The notes under the pieces are model-generated. The model did no database searches. It had not been told where the DNA came from and worked only from the letters and a program-made list of their open reading frames with translations. 32,000 nt of DNA from Dehalococcoidia bacterium (lineage in GTDB: Bacteria > Chloroflexota > Dehalococcoidia > Lucifugimonadales > Australimonadaceae): contig DAOUJA010000070.1 in the NCBI GenBank assembly GCA_034423175.1, positions 124,510 through 156,509 on the forward strand. The letters are read 5' to 3'. This document shows, piece by piece, positions 24,402 to 32,000 of this stretch (positions are counted from its first letter, which is position 1; every line of letters begins with the position of its first letter). A program made the position numbers and the translations under genes.

Positions 24402-25394
24402 TCAGACCTGTGGACCGAGACTCGGCGTCTGCGCGAGCTGCTCGGCCACCCACTCCAGCGTCTCCGAGTCCAGTCGCAGCTCGACCTCCTGGGCTGCGAG
24501 CGTCTCGCCGAGCCATGACTCGAACGCCACCTCCTCCACGAGCTGTCGGGCGACGGAGTCGAGCGCGCGGGATGGGTCGCGCGCACTGACGACGTAGACG
24601 ACTACGGCGCCGTCCTCGCGCTGGAAGGGGGGCGCGAACTCGAGTGGAGGGAGGTCCCACAGCAGGTCTGCGGCAGCAGGCGGCAGCGCGCCGTACGGGA
24701 GCCAGCCGAGGTCGCCGGCGGCGGGTTCGAAGGAATAGCGGCGCACCAGCTCCTCGAATGGCACTCCCAGGGCAGCCTCGCTCTCGATCTGAGCGGCGGT
24801 CTCCACGTCGACGACAACGATGGAGTGCAGGCGTATCTGCGGCTGAAGGTCCGGGATGGAGCGCCCGAGCGCCCCGATTGCCTTCAGCCGGAGCAGTTCA
24901 CCCTCGGCCAGGCGTTCCAGTTCGTCGACGTCGAGCCGACGCAGGTCAGCGTACTGGCGCTTCGCCTCGGCCAGTTCGGCGCGGGCTGTGGCGTCGAGGG
25001 CGGAGGCGTCCAGTTGCGGGGCGAGCTGCTCCGCGAGTTCGCGCTCGACCTCCTCCTCGCTGACGGCGACCCCGAGCGTGTCCGCCGTCTGGCGGAGCAC
25101 CTCGTTCTCGATCAGCAGCGTAGCGGTGTCGAACGCCTGCGCGCCGGTATCGAACGGCACCCGCGCCAGCGAGGCGTCTATCTGGTTGGCGCGGAGTACG
25201 TCCACCAGCGTGGCACGCGGTATCGCGACGCCGTTCACGCGGGCGAACCACTCCTGATTCGGCGCGGTGTAGACGAGGAAGAAGCCGATGAGCGGCCCGG
25301 CCACGAGGACAAGGACGGCAAGCCCTGCAACGAGCAGTACCGGACGGCGCGAGCGTCCGTCTCGTTTAGTGGCCCGCCTCACCCCCCGCCGCAT
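24402..25394 (-). CDS. Membrane-anchored parvulin-type peptidyl-prolyl isomerase (SurA/PrsA-like)
   Basis: 330 aa with an N-terminal basic stretch plus a TM anchor, a SurA-N-like helical region, and a PpiC-like segment IRLHSIVV...FEELVRRYS...GDLGWLPYG. Confidence 0.65.
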   Translation of the reverse strand: MRRGVRRATKRDGRSRRPVLLVAGLAVLVLVAGPLIGFFLVYTAPNQEWFARVNGVAIPRATLVDVLRANQIDASLARVPFDTGAQAFDTATLLIENEVLRQTADTLGVAVSEEEVERELAEQLAPQLDASALDATARAELAEAKRQYADLRRLDVDELERLAEGELLRLKAIGALGRSIPDLQPQIRLHSIVVVDVETAAQIESEAALGVPFEELVRRYSFEPAAGDLGWLPYGALPPAAADLLWDLPPLEFAPPFQREDGAVVVYVVSARDPSRALDSVARQLVEEVAFESWLGETLAAQEVELRLDSETLEWVAEQLAQTPSLGPQV

Positions 25395-25415
25395 GGATGC
25401 CGGACTGCCCCGGCC

Positions 25416-26528
25416 TTACACGCCGTAGAGCGCCGTGGGATTCTCCGTGAGTATCTTCTCAGCGGTGGCCGAGGAGATGTCGTCCCGAGTGCGCATCTGG
25501 TTGACGCAGTGCACCTGCGCCGACGGGTCGGCGGCGAGGCGGTCGGTCGTCCCCGGCGTGTGGTGCCCGTAATCGGTGCCGACGACGAGGTGGTCCTCGC
25601 CAACGTAGTTCATCAGGTAGGGCAGGTCTTCCTCGACCTCGTAGGAGATCCACATGTTGTACTTGTCGAAGAGGCGCGGTCCCCAGAAGTCCTCGTCGGC
25701 GCGGAGCGTGCCGCGCAGCTGGTACATGGCGAAGGGGACCCACGTTGCGCCGGTCTCGATGAAGCCCCAGCGGAGGTCGGGGAAGAGCTCGGGGACCTTG
25801 TTCGAGACAAGGTTGCGGAAGGCGACGACGGGCGGGATGCGCCCGTGGGTGAAGGTGTGGCTGCGGCTCACGTCGATCAGGTAGTTGAGCGCGGGCGCGC
25901 CCTGCCCCTGGTGGATGCAGATGGGGAGGCCGAGCGACTGCGCCTCCTCGTAGACGGGGTAGAAGTACGGGTCGTCCAGTGTCTTGTCGCCCTCGATGCC
26001 GCGGAAGAAGACGCCGCAGGCGCCGTGCTCCTTGCCGAAGCGGAGCTCGCTGACGGAGGCGTCGATGTCGCGGAGCGGGGGAATGACGACGTAGCGGATG
26101 CGGTCTTCGGCCTTCGCCCAGACGTCGGCGAGGAAGCGGTTGTAGGCCTTGCAGAGTTCGACCTCGTAGGCGGCGTCGTGAGTGAGGTAGGCAAGGAAGA
26201 GCGTGGGGTAGACGACCTGGGTGTCCACGTTGGTGGCCTGCATGTCCTCGAACCGCATCGGAAGGTCGAGCAGTTCGCGGGCCTTCCGGTCGACGCGGTC
26301 GCGCACGTTCGCCTGCGCCGTGGGGGTGACGAGGAAGTTGCCGCCGCGTCCGGCAGGGCGCGGGTAGATCTGGCCGTCGATGAGCCACATATGGTCGACG
26401 CGGCCGTACAGGGTGTCGTCCGGCACCTGCACGACAACAGGGCGGCGCTTGTGCCAGTCCGGGTCAAGGAAGTCCCACATCTCCGGCGGTTCGGCGATGT
26501 GGGTGTCTGCATCGACTACGCGTGCCAT
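25416..26528 (-). CDS. Amidohydrolase-2 family metal-dependent hydrolase (ACMSD/LigI-like fold)
   Basis: 370 aa. VVDADTHIAEPPEMW at the N-terminus, with later HxG and D motifs (ICIHQG, VGTDYGH), is typical of PF04909-type amidohydrolases. GAGGAGG RBS on the minus strand. Confidence 0.85.
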   Translation of the reverse strand: MARVVDADTHIAEPPEMWDFLDPDWHKRRPVVVQVPDDTLYGRVDHMWLIDGQIYPRPAGRGGNFLVTPTAQANVRDRVDRKARELLDLPMRFEDMQATNVDTQVVYPTLFLAYLTHDAAYEVELCKAYNRFLADVWAKAEDRIRYVVIPPLRDIDASVSELRFGKEHGACGVFFRGIEGDKTLDDPYFYPVYEEAQSLGLPICIHQGQGAPALNYLIDVSRSHTFTHGRIPPVVAFRNLVSNKVPELFPDLRWGFIETGATWVPFAMYQLRGTLRADEDFWGPRLFDKYNMWISYEVEEDLPYLMNYVGEDHLVVGTDYGHHTPGTTDRLAADPSAQVHCVNQMRTRDDISSATAEKILTENPTALYGV

Positions 26529-26629
26529 GTTGGACCTCCTCGGTGTCCCCCTGATGTGCTCTCCGTCAGGAGAGTATGTTCCCCCGGCGGACGCCGGTCA
26601 AGCGCGGCAGCTTCGGTGTCCTGACGCTC

Positions 26630-27721
26630 TCATTCCCGCCACTCGGCCAGGGCGTCCCACTTCGGTTCGAGGCCCAGGCCGGGCGTCTCCGGCATCGCCG
26701 TCCAGCCCTGCTGCGGGCCCACGCAGCCGTCGAACACCATCTCGCCGCACTTCCACATGACGTAGTGGTACTCGATCCGCCAGCCGTTCGGGACGGCGGC
26801 CTGCAGGTGCATGTTGTGGTGCGGCCAGCCGCCGCCGTTGGCTATCGGCAGGTTGAACGCCTGCGCCAGCGCCGCGAACTTCATCCCCTCTGTGTAGCCG
26901 CCGCAGTAGACGACGTTGGGCTGAAGGATGTCGATCGACTGGTGCACGAGCAGTTCGCGGGCGCGGAAGCGGTGCCCCTCGTTCTGGCCGGCGGAAAGGG
27001 GGATGCTGGTGCGCATGCGCAGCTCGTGCAGCAGGGGCGCGTCGTTCCCCCAGACCGGCTCCTCGAACCACTCGACGTTGCACTCCTCGACGGCCTTCGC
27101 GAGCTTGAGGGCGTTGTTGAACTGGAACATGTAGTTGGCGTCCATGGAGAGCTGGACGCCGGGGCCGATGGCGTCCCGTACGGCGTGAACGCGGTCCGAG
27201 TCCTCGCGCCAGCCCTGGTGGTCGCCCGCGACGCCCACCACCATCTTCAGCTTGTCCTCGCCCTGCGCGACGAAGTCCCGCGCGACCTGCACAAGCTGTT
27301 CCTCCGTGTACTCGGGCAGACCGAACGTGATGTAGGCAGGGACGTTGGGCTGGGCTCCGCCGAGCAGTCGCCACACCGGCACGCCGAGCGCCTTGCCCTT
27401 GATGTCCCAGAGTGCGATGTCGATGGCGCTGAGGGCGCTCGACCAGACGCCGGTCTGCGAGCGCGGGTTGTGCTCGACGTAGCAGAGGTGCCAGATGCGC
27501 TCCGTGTCCATCGGGTCCATGCCGGTGACGAGGGGGCCGAGCTCCGCGTTGATGTGCTCGCGCACCGCCTTCCGCTGGATGGGGCCGGAGATGCCGTAGC
27601 CGGTGACGCCGGCGTCGGTGTCGACCTGGCAGAAGACGAACGGACGCATGACGGGCTCGTCCATCAGCGGGACGGGCACCGGTACGTTATGGGTGGTGGC
27701 CTGGACGTTGGTTATCTTCAC
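26630..27721 (-). CDS. Enolase-superfamily enzyme (mandelate racemase/muconate lactonising enzyme family)
   Basis: 363 aa. It has the N-terminal capping-domain pattern MKITNV...TDAGVTGYG, ALSAIDIALWDIKGKALG, metal-ligand contexts (SMDAN, WFEEP) and a C-terminal GGWPHHNMHL. Confidence 0.85.
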   Translation of the reverse strand: MKITNVQATTHNVPVPVPLMDEPVMRPFVFCQVDTDAGVTGYGISGPIQRKAVREHINAELGPLVTGMDPMDTERIWHLCYVEHNPRSQTGVWSSALSAIDIALWDIKGKALGVPVWRLLGGAQPNVPAYITFGLPEYTEEQLVQVARDFVAQGEDKLKMVVGVAGDHQGWREDSDRVHAVRDAIGPGVQLSMDANYMFQFNNALKLAKAVEECNVEWFEEPVWGNDAPLLHELRMRTSIPLSAGQNEGHRFRARELLVHQSIDILQPNVVYCGGYTEGMKFAALAQAFNLPIANGGGWPHHNMHLQAAVPNGWRIEYHYVMWKCGEMVFDGCVGPQQGWTAMPETPGLGLEPKWDALAEWRE

Positions 27722-27831
27722 GAGTTCTCCTCACGACAGGGAATGCTGAGGGACGATAGCGGCGCTCAGCGGGAATGGCAAACCGGCGCACGCCTGTACC
27801 GGCGTTGCCAGAGGTGGCGGGTCGTTCACGG

Positions 27832-27858
27832 GGTCACATTTGGTAACAATTGGTAACA
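27832..27858. repeat. Three direct GGT(A/C)ACA repeats at exact 10-bp phasing in an AT-rich island
   Basis: GGTCACA 27832-27838, GGTAACA 27842-27848 and GGTAACA 27852-27858. TTGGTAACA occurs twice perfectly (27840-27848, 27850-27858). They lie 110-135 nt upstream of the enolase-family start on the minus strand. Confidence 0.85.
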
Positions 27859-27958
27859 TTTCACTCCTGCAGGGCCCAGCGTGGCAGATGCCGGAGCCCG
27901 GTCCTCCCAGGGACCCAGCGTAGTGGGCAGAGCGCCGACCGGGCAATGGGCGGATGTC

Positions 27959-27975
27959 ACACGCGGAACGCGTGT
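27959..27975 (-). terminator. Short hairpin immediately after the cyclase-family stop codon
   Basis: ACACGCG-gaa-CGCGTGT forms a 7-bp stem 1 nt from the stop (27977-27979 on the minus strand). There is no U-tract, so this is only a weak terminator candidate. Confidence 0.3.
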
Positions 27976-27976
27976 C

Positions 27977-28927
27977 TCAGAACACAGCCACGGGGTTCAC
28001 CGGGGAACCCGTGCCGCCTTCGATGCGGAGCGGATTGACGGTGAGCATGAACTCCCAGCGGCCCCGCTCCGCACACGCTGCCGCGAGCCGTTCAAGGTCC
28101 GCGTTGTCCAGTATCCACAGGCCCATAGCGACGATGCCCACCTGGTGCACAGGGTTGGCCAGGCGGTCGAAACCCGGGTGGATGAGGCTGTTGCCGGTGT
28201 CCGATCCGAGCATGGCGATGGAGCGCTCGTGGTAGAAGGGCAGGCAGTTGGCGTGCGTGCCGGTGCCGCCCTCCGCCGCGATGTTCCACGGGCCAAGCTC
28301 CGCGCGGCGGCGCAGCTGTCCCGTCCGCACGAGCAGGACGTCCCCTGGTTCGACGCGGACACCCTCGGCGGCTTCGGCCGCCTCGAGGTCCTCGCGCAGG
28401 ATGCCCTCGCCGGGGTTGAACCACGGCACGCCGCGCAGCCTGGGGATGTCCAGCAGGACGCCGCGAGCGAGCACGCCACCCTGCAGCACCTCGATCGACT
28501 CCCGGAGCGCGCCGTAGCGCGTGGAGACGAGGCTGGACGGCTTGCCGTTGTACATCTGCCCGTTGAAGAAGAAGTGCGAGAGGCTGTCGACGTGGGTGAT
28601 GACGTGACCGTGGAAGGCGACGCCGATGAAGTCGGATGAGGTCTGCGCGGGACGCGGCGGCCCCGCCTTCTCATCGTGCGCGTAGCCCTCGCCCGATTCG
28701 ATCATGAAGTGCATCGGCTGGAAGGTCACGTCGGGTCCGGTGGCGTTGCTGAGCGTGCGCGCGCACGAGACCGTCACGCCCTCCTGCACGAGCGTTACCG
28801 CGCGGCGGCGCGTCTCCGGCGTGACGTGGTTCATCGTGCCGAGCTCGTCGTCGTCGCCCCACCGCCCCCAGTTGCTCAGCGAATCGAAGTAGGACAGGAC
28901 TTCGTCCTGGGTCGGCAGGTCCGTCAT
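27977..28927 (-). CDS. Cyclase family protein (kynurenine formamidase-like fold)
   Basis: 316 aa. LSNWGRWGDDDELGTMNH at the N-terminus and the HxGTHxD-like region (FHGHVITHVDSLSHF) are typical of PF04199-type cyclase/formamidase proteins. AAGGAGG RBS. Confidence 0.8.
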   Translation of the reverse strand: MTDLPTQDEVLSYFDSLSNWGRWGDDDELGTMNHVTPETRRRAVTLVQEGVTVSCARTLSNATGPDVTFQPMHFMIESGEGYAHDEKAGPPRPAQTSSDFIGVAFHGHVITHVDSLSHFFFNGQMYNGKPSSLVSTRYGALRESIEVLQGGVLARGVLLDIPRLRGVPWFNPGEGILREDLEAAEAAEGVRVEPGDVLLVRTGQLRRRAELGPWNIAAEGGTGTHANCLPFYHERSIAMLGSDTGNSLIHPGFDRLANPVHQVGIVAMGLWILDNADLERLAAACAERGRWEFMLTVNPLRIEGGTGSPVNPVAVF

Positions 28928-29011
28928 CGTGGGCCTCCTTGGAGTGCGTGCAGCGGCTGGGCAAGCATACTATGGCCGTCGGCGGTTGCCCCCGCGCACG
29001 ACCGCCTCTTC

Positions 29012-29036
29012 CCATCCCGGCGGGATGGTGTATACT
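29012..29036 (+). promoter_or_regulatory. 17-bp palindrome CCATCCC-GGC-GGGATGG abutting a TATACT -10 upstream of rpsO
   Basis: The palindrome at 29012-29028 was read directly. TATACT lies at 29031-29036, 56 nt before the rpsO ATG. No good -35 is present because the palindrome occupies that spacer. Confidence 0.4.
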
Positions 29037-29091
29037 GAAGCGCGAACAGAAGAAAGAGCGGACAGACGATTAAGGTCCCGCGGGACGGAAC

Positions 29092-29358
29092 ATGCTGGAC
29101 ACAGCTACCAAACAACGCATCATCGGAGAGTACCAGGCGAAGCCGGGAGACACCGGCTCCACGGAAGTGCAGATAGCGCTTCTCTCCGAGCGTATACGCG
29201 GCCTGACCGATCACCTCCGCCGGAACCACAAAGACCACGCCACGCGCAGAGGTCTCCTGAAGTTGGTTGGGCAACGCCGCCGTCTCCTGCGGTATCTCGC
29301 CAGAGAGGACGTAGGACGCTACCGGACAGTCATCAGCAGGCTTGGGCTTCGCAGATAA
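29092..29358 (+). CDS. rpsO: 30S ribosomal protein S15
   Basis: 88 aa. [43 protein letters not shown] is the canonical S15 pattern. Confidence 0.95.
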   Translation: MLDTATKQRIIGEYQAKPGDTGSTEVQIALLSERIRGLTDHLRRNHKDHATRRGLLKLVGQRRRLLRYLAREDVGRYRTVISRLGLRR

Positions 29359-29367
29359 CGCGACCTC

Positions 29368-29398
29368 GGAAACAGCGCTTCGCCAGGAGCGCTGTTCC
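29368..29398 (+). terminator. rpsO-pnp intercistronic hairpin (attenuator/terminator or RNase III-type processing stem)
   Basis: GGAAACAGCGCT / AGCGCTGTTCC forms 11 bp with one bulged A and an 8-nt loop. It starts 10 nt after the rpsO stop and is followed by TCTATAAG. Confidence 0.5.
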
Positions 29399-29480
29399 TC
29401 TATAAGCCAGCCGACATTCCTGACCTGTTTCAGAACTTTCCCCGCGCATGGCCTGTCAAAAGAACAGGAGTTGTTTACGT

Positions 29481-31691
29481 ATGCCCACGCACCATGAGAT
29501 AGAGATAGCCGGACGGACCCTCTCCATAGAGACGGGCAAGCTGGCACAGCAGGCGCACGGCTCGGCCGTCGTGCGCTATGGCGACGCGGTCGTGCTCGTG
29601 ACCGCCGTGATGGGAGGTGTCCGGGAAGGGCTGGACTTCTTCCCGCTCACCATCGAGTACGAAGAGCGCCTCTACGCCGTTGGCCGCATCCCCGGCAGCT
29701 TCTTCCGCCGGGAGGGACGCCCGACCACGGAGGCGACGCTCGCCGCCCGGTTGACCGACCGTCCCCTGCGCCCGCGCTTCCCCAAGGGGATGCGGAACGA
29801 GGTGCAGATCATCACGACTGTCCTCTCCGCCGACCACGAGAACCAGCCGGACATCCTCGGCATCATCGGGGCGTCCGCCGCGTTGTCCATCTCCCAGATC
29901 CCGTTCAATGGCCCCGTCGCCGCAACGCGCATGGGCTATGCGGATGGCGAACTCGTCGTGAACCCGACGTTCGAGCAGCTCGCCGAGGGCAAGCTCGACC
30001 TGACCATCGCGGGCAGCCGCGACGCGGTCATCATGATCGAGGCCGGGGCGAAGGAAGTGAGCGAGGAAGTCATCCTCGAAGCGCTCCGCGTCGGTCAGGA
30101 GAACAACGTCAAGATCATCGACCTGCAGGACAAGATCGTTGCCGAGGCCGGCAAGCAGAAGGTCGACGTCGTGCTCGCAGAGGCTGCCGACTCCGACCTC
30201 GTGTCGAGCGTCGAGCGCATCACCCGTTCCACGCTGGAGAGCATCATCGACCGCGGCGAAGGCCGTGGTGAGCGCAACGAGGGCATCAAGCAGGCTGAGA
30301 GCGAGGCCATCGAGCAGCTCAGCGAGCAGTACGACGCCAAGACTGTCGCAAAGGTGTTCGACGACGTGCTGAAGAAGACCGTGCGCGCGAAGGTCATCAA
30401 GGAGGGCAAGCGCCCGGACGGCCGCGCGCTCACCCAGGTGCGCCCGCTCTCGAGCGAGGTTGGACTGCTGCCGCGCACGCACGGCTCCGCGCTCTTCCAG
30501 CGCGGCGAGACGCAGATCCTCACGGTGGCTACGCTCGGCTCCATGTCCATGACGCAGAAGCTGGACGGACTCAGCCCCGAGGACACGAAGCGCTACATCC
30601 ACCACTACAACTTCCCCCCGTTCTCCACGGGCGAGGCGCGCCGCATGGGCACGGGCCGCCGGGAGATCGGTCACGGCGCGCTCGCGGAGCGGGCTCTGGC
30701 TCCGGTCATCCCGGACGAGTCGGAGTTCCCGTACGCGTTCCGCGTCGTCTCGGAGGCGCTCGGTTCGAACGGCAGCACGTCCATGGGGAGCGTCTGCGGC
30801 AGCACGATGGCGCTCATGGACGCCGGCGTGCCCATCTCGCGGCCCGTCTCCGGCGTCGCGATGGGGCTGATGACGGACGACGAGGGCAACTTCCAGGTGC
30901 TCACCGACATCCAGGGCGTTGAGGACTTCTTCGGCGACATGGACTTCAAGGTCGCGGGCACCAGCGAGGGCATCACCGCCCTGCAGATGGACATCAAGGT
31001 CTCCGGCATCACGCAGGAGATATTCCGCCAGGCGCTCGCGCAGGCCAAGGAGGGCCGAGCGTTCATCCTGGACCACATGCTCGGCACACTGGCAGAGCCG
31101 AGGACGGAATTGAACCCCAACGCGCCGCGCATGACCCGCGTGAACATCCCGGTCGACAAGATCGGCGCGCTGATCGGTCCCGGCGGCAAGACGATCCGCA
31201 GCATCGTCGAGACGACCGGCGCGTCCGTCGACGTGGAGAACGACGGCGTCGTTACCATCGGCGCGTCGGACCAGGCCGCCGCAGAGCATGCTATCCGCAT
31301 GATCGAGGGCCTTACGAAGGAAGTGGAGGTCGGCGAACGGTACGCCGGCAAGGTGACGCGGCTGATGAACTTCGGCGCGTTCGTGGAGATCCTCCCCGGC
31401 AAGGAAGGCCTGGTGCACGTGAGCGAGCTCGACACCACGCGCGTCGAGTCCGTCGAAGCCGCTGTGAAGGTGGGCGACGAGCTGGAAGTGATGGTGGTCG
31501 AGATCGACCGTATGGGTCGGGTCAACCTGTCGCGCCGCGCGGTGCTTGAAGACCTCTCACCGGAGGACGTGGCCAGCAGCCGCTCCAACGGGCGCAGCGG
31601 CGGCGACAGAGGGCCGCGCGACCGGGGCGACCGCCGCGGCGGCGACCGCGACCGCGGACCACGCCGCCCGCGCGAGTTCGGGCGCAGGTAG
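29481..31691 (+). CDS. pnp: Polyribonucleotide nucleotidyltransferase (PNPase) with an Arg/Gly/Asp-rich C-terminal tail
   Basis: 736 aa from the ATG at 29481 (ACAGGAG RBS at 29464-29470). It has two RNase PH domains (FFRREGRP, GHGALAERAL), a KH domain (IGPGGKTIR) and an S1 domain (YAGKVTRLMNFGAFVEI). The ORF-track start at 29448 is 11 codons upstream. Confidence 0.95.
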   Translation: MPTHHEIEIAGRTLSIETGKLAQQAHGSAVVRYGDAVVLVTAVMGGVREGLDFFPLTIEYEERLYAVGRIPGSFFRREGRPTTEATLAARLTDRPLRPRFPKGMRNEVQIITTVLSADHENQPDILGIIGASAALSISQIPFNGPVAATRMGYADGELVVNPTFEQLAEGKLDLTIAGSRDAVIMIEAGAKEVSEEVILEALRVGQENNVKIIDLQDKIVAEAGKQKVDVVLAEAADSDLVSSVERITRSTLESIIDRGEGRGERNEGIKQAESEAIEQLSEQYDAKTVAKVFDDVLKKTVRAKVIKEGKRPDGRALTQVRPLSSEVGLLPRTHGSALFQRGETQILTVATLGSMSMTQKLDGLSPEDTKRYIHHYNFPPFSTGEARRMGTGRREIGHGALAERALAPVIPDESEFPYAFRVVSEALGSNGSTSMGSVCGSTMALMDAGVPISRPVSGVAMGLMTDDEGNFQVLTDIQGVEDFFGDMDFKVAGTSEGITALQMDIKVSGITQEIFRQALAQAKEGRAFILDHMLGTLAEPRTELNPNAPRMTRVNIPVDKIGALIGPGGKTIRSIVETTGASVDVENDGVVTIGASDQAAAEHAIRMIEGLTKEVEVGERYAGKVTRLMNFGAFVEILPGKEGLVHVSELDTTRVESVEAAVKVGDELEVMVVEIDRMGRVNLSRRAVLEDLSPEDVASSRSNGRSGGDRGPRDRGDRRGGDRDRGPRRPREFGRR

Positions 31692-31717
31692 TCCGTTAGC
31701 GGGCGCACACGTGAAAT

Positions 31718-31758
31718 GAGGGCGCTGCGGTCAGCCGACCGCAGCCCCTCTTCTCGTC
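31718..31758 (+). terminator. Intrinsic terminator candidate after pnp
   Basis: GAGGG(C)GCTGCGGTC-agcc-GACCGCAGCCCCTC forms a 14-bp GC-rich stem with one bulge, followed by TTCTCGTC. It starts 27 nt after the pnp stop. Confidence 0.6.
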
Positions 31759-31891
31759 ACGAGAACGGGGATATACGCGGCTGCCGGCAGAGGTATCAAA
31801 GACGACCCGTAATTGATAGCGGGAATCACCCTGAACATGTAGCGCCCGCGTGTATAGTCTCTGCGCCACACCCGCACACGAGGAGCAGGCG

Positions 31892-32000
31892 GTGAGGAAA
31901 GGCATAGTTTCGTTGCTGGCCGCGGGAGCAGTCGCGGTAGTTGCGGTCTCCGGCGGGTGCACGTCCGACCCGACTCCAACGTCTTCACCGACCGCTGCCC
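31892..32000 (+). CDS. Putative lipoprotein, 5' end only (runs off the window)
   Basis: A GTG at 31892 is preceded by AGGAG (31881-31885). The translation VRKGIVSLLAAGAVAVVAVSGGCTSDPTPTSS has a signal peptide and a lipobox-like VSGGC. A TATAGT -10 lies at 31853-31858. Only 36 codons are visible. Confidence 0.45.
   Translation, partial: MRKGIVSLLAAGAVAVVAVSGGCTSDPTPTSSPTAA

Noticed and set aside
1-32000. Search for mobile-element or defence hallmarks: transposase, integrase, recombinase, reverse transcriptase, restriction-modification genes, cas genes, a tRNA integration site, or long terminal inverted repeats.
   Set aside because: None of the supportable ORFs has such motifs. The only accessory-type module is the AbrB/PIN pair at 1156-2147. 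The window otherwise looks like core chromosome.

Overview
This is a high-GC (roughly two-thirds G+C by eye), densely coding bacterial chromosomal segment with about 33 supportable CDSs, almost all housekeeping or metabolic. In order: leuA (5'-truncated), an AbrB-antitoxin/PIN-toxin pair, leuC-leuD-leuB, two tandem TauE/SafE permeases, a DUF4166 protein plus a small membrane protein, a 452-bp repeat-rich non-coding gap, rpsT, lexA with its own Cheo-type SOS box, a GNAT acetyltransferase, a small Cys-poor desulforedoxin-like protein (minus strand), an aminotransferase, htpX plus a PspAB-like protein, a Cu-ATPase copA plus a YHS protein, an Lrp/AsnC regulator and a 7Fe ferredoxin. A minus-strand ABC-ATPase/ABC-2 permease/GldG/DUF4340 operon follows. 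After it come a DppBC-like permease pair, a divergent TyrA-like protein, a parvulin PPIase, amidohydrolase/enolase-superfamily/cyclase genes (minus strand), rpsO-pnp, and the start of a lipoprotein gene. I saw no rRNA, tRNA, CRISPR array, transposase, integrase or phage genes. The GAAC-N4-GTTC SOS box, strong GGAGG ribosome-binding sites and gene content suggest a Terrabacteria lineage (Chloroflexota- or Actinomycetota-like); this is inference only. I did not find a convincing novel multi-gene system. The most unusual items are: (1) a toxin-antitoxin cassette with an over-long antitoxin wedged inside the leucine operon; (2) the 452-bp gap upstream of rpsT, with interleaved pairings and an array of about 11-nt GGCCCCCTTGG units forming 22-bp and 13-bp hairpins; (3) small hairpin repeat elements, one fused onto a gene junction; (4) phased direct repeats in two promoter regions; and (5) several proteins with degenerate catalytic or metal-binding motifs. 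The many long ORFs antisense to conserved genes are high-GC artefacts.
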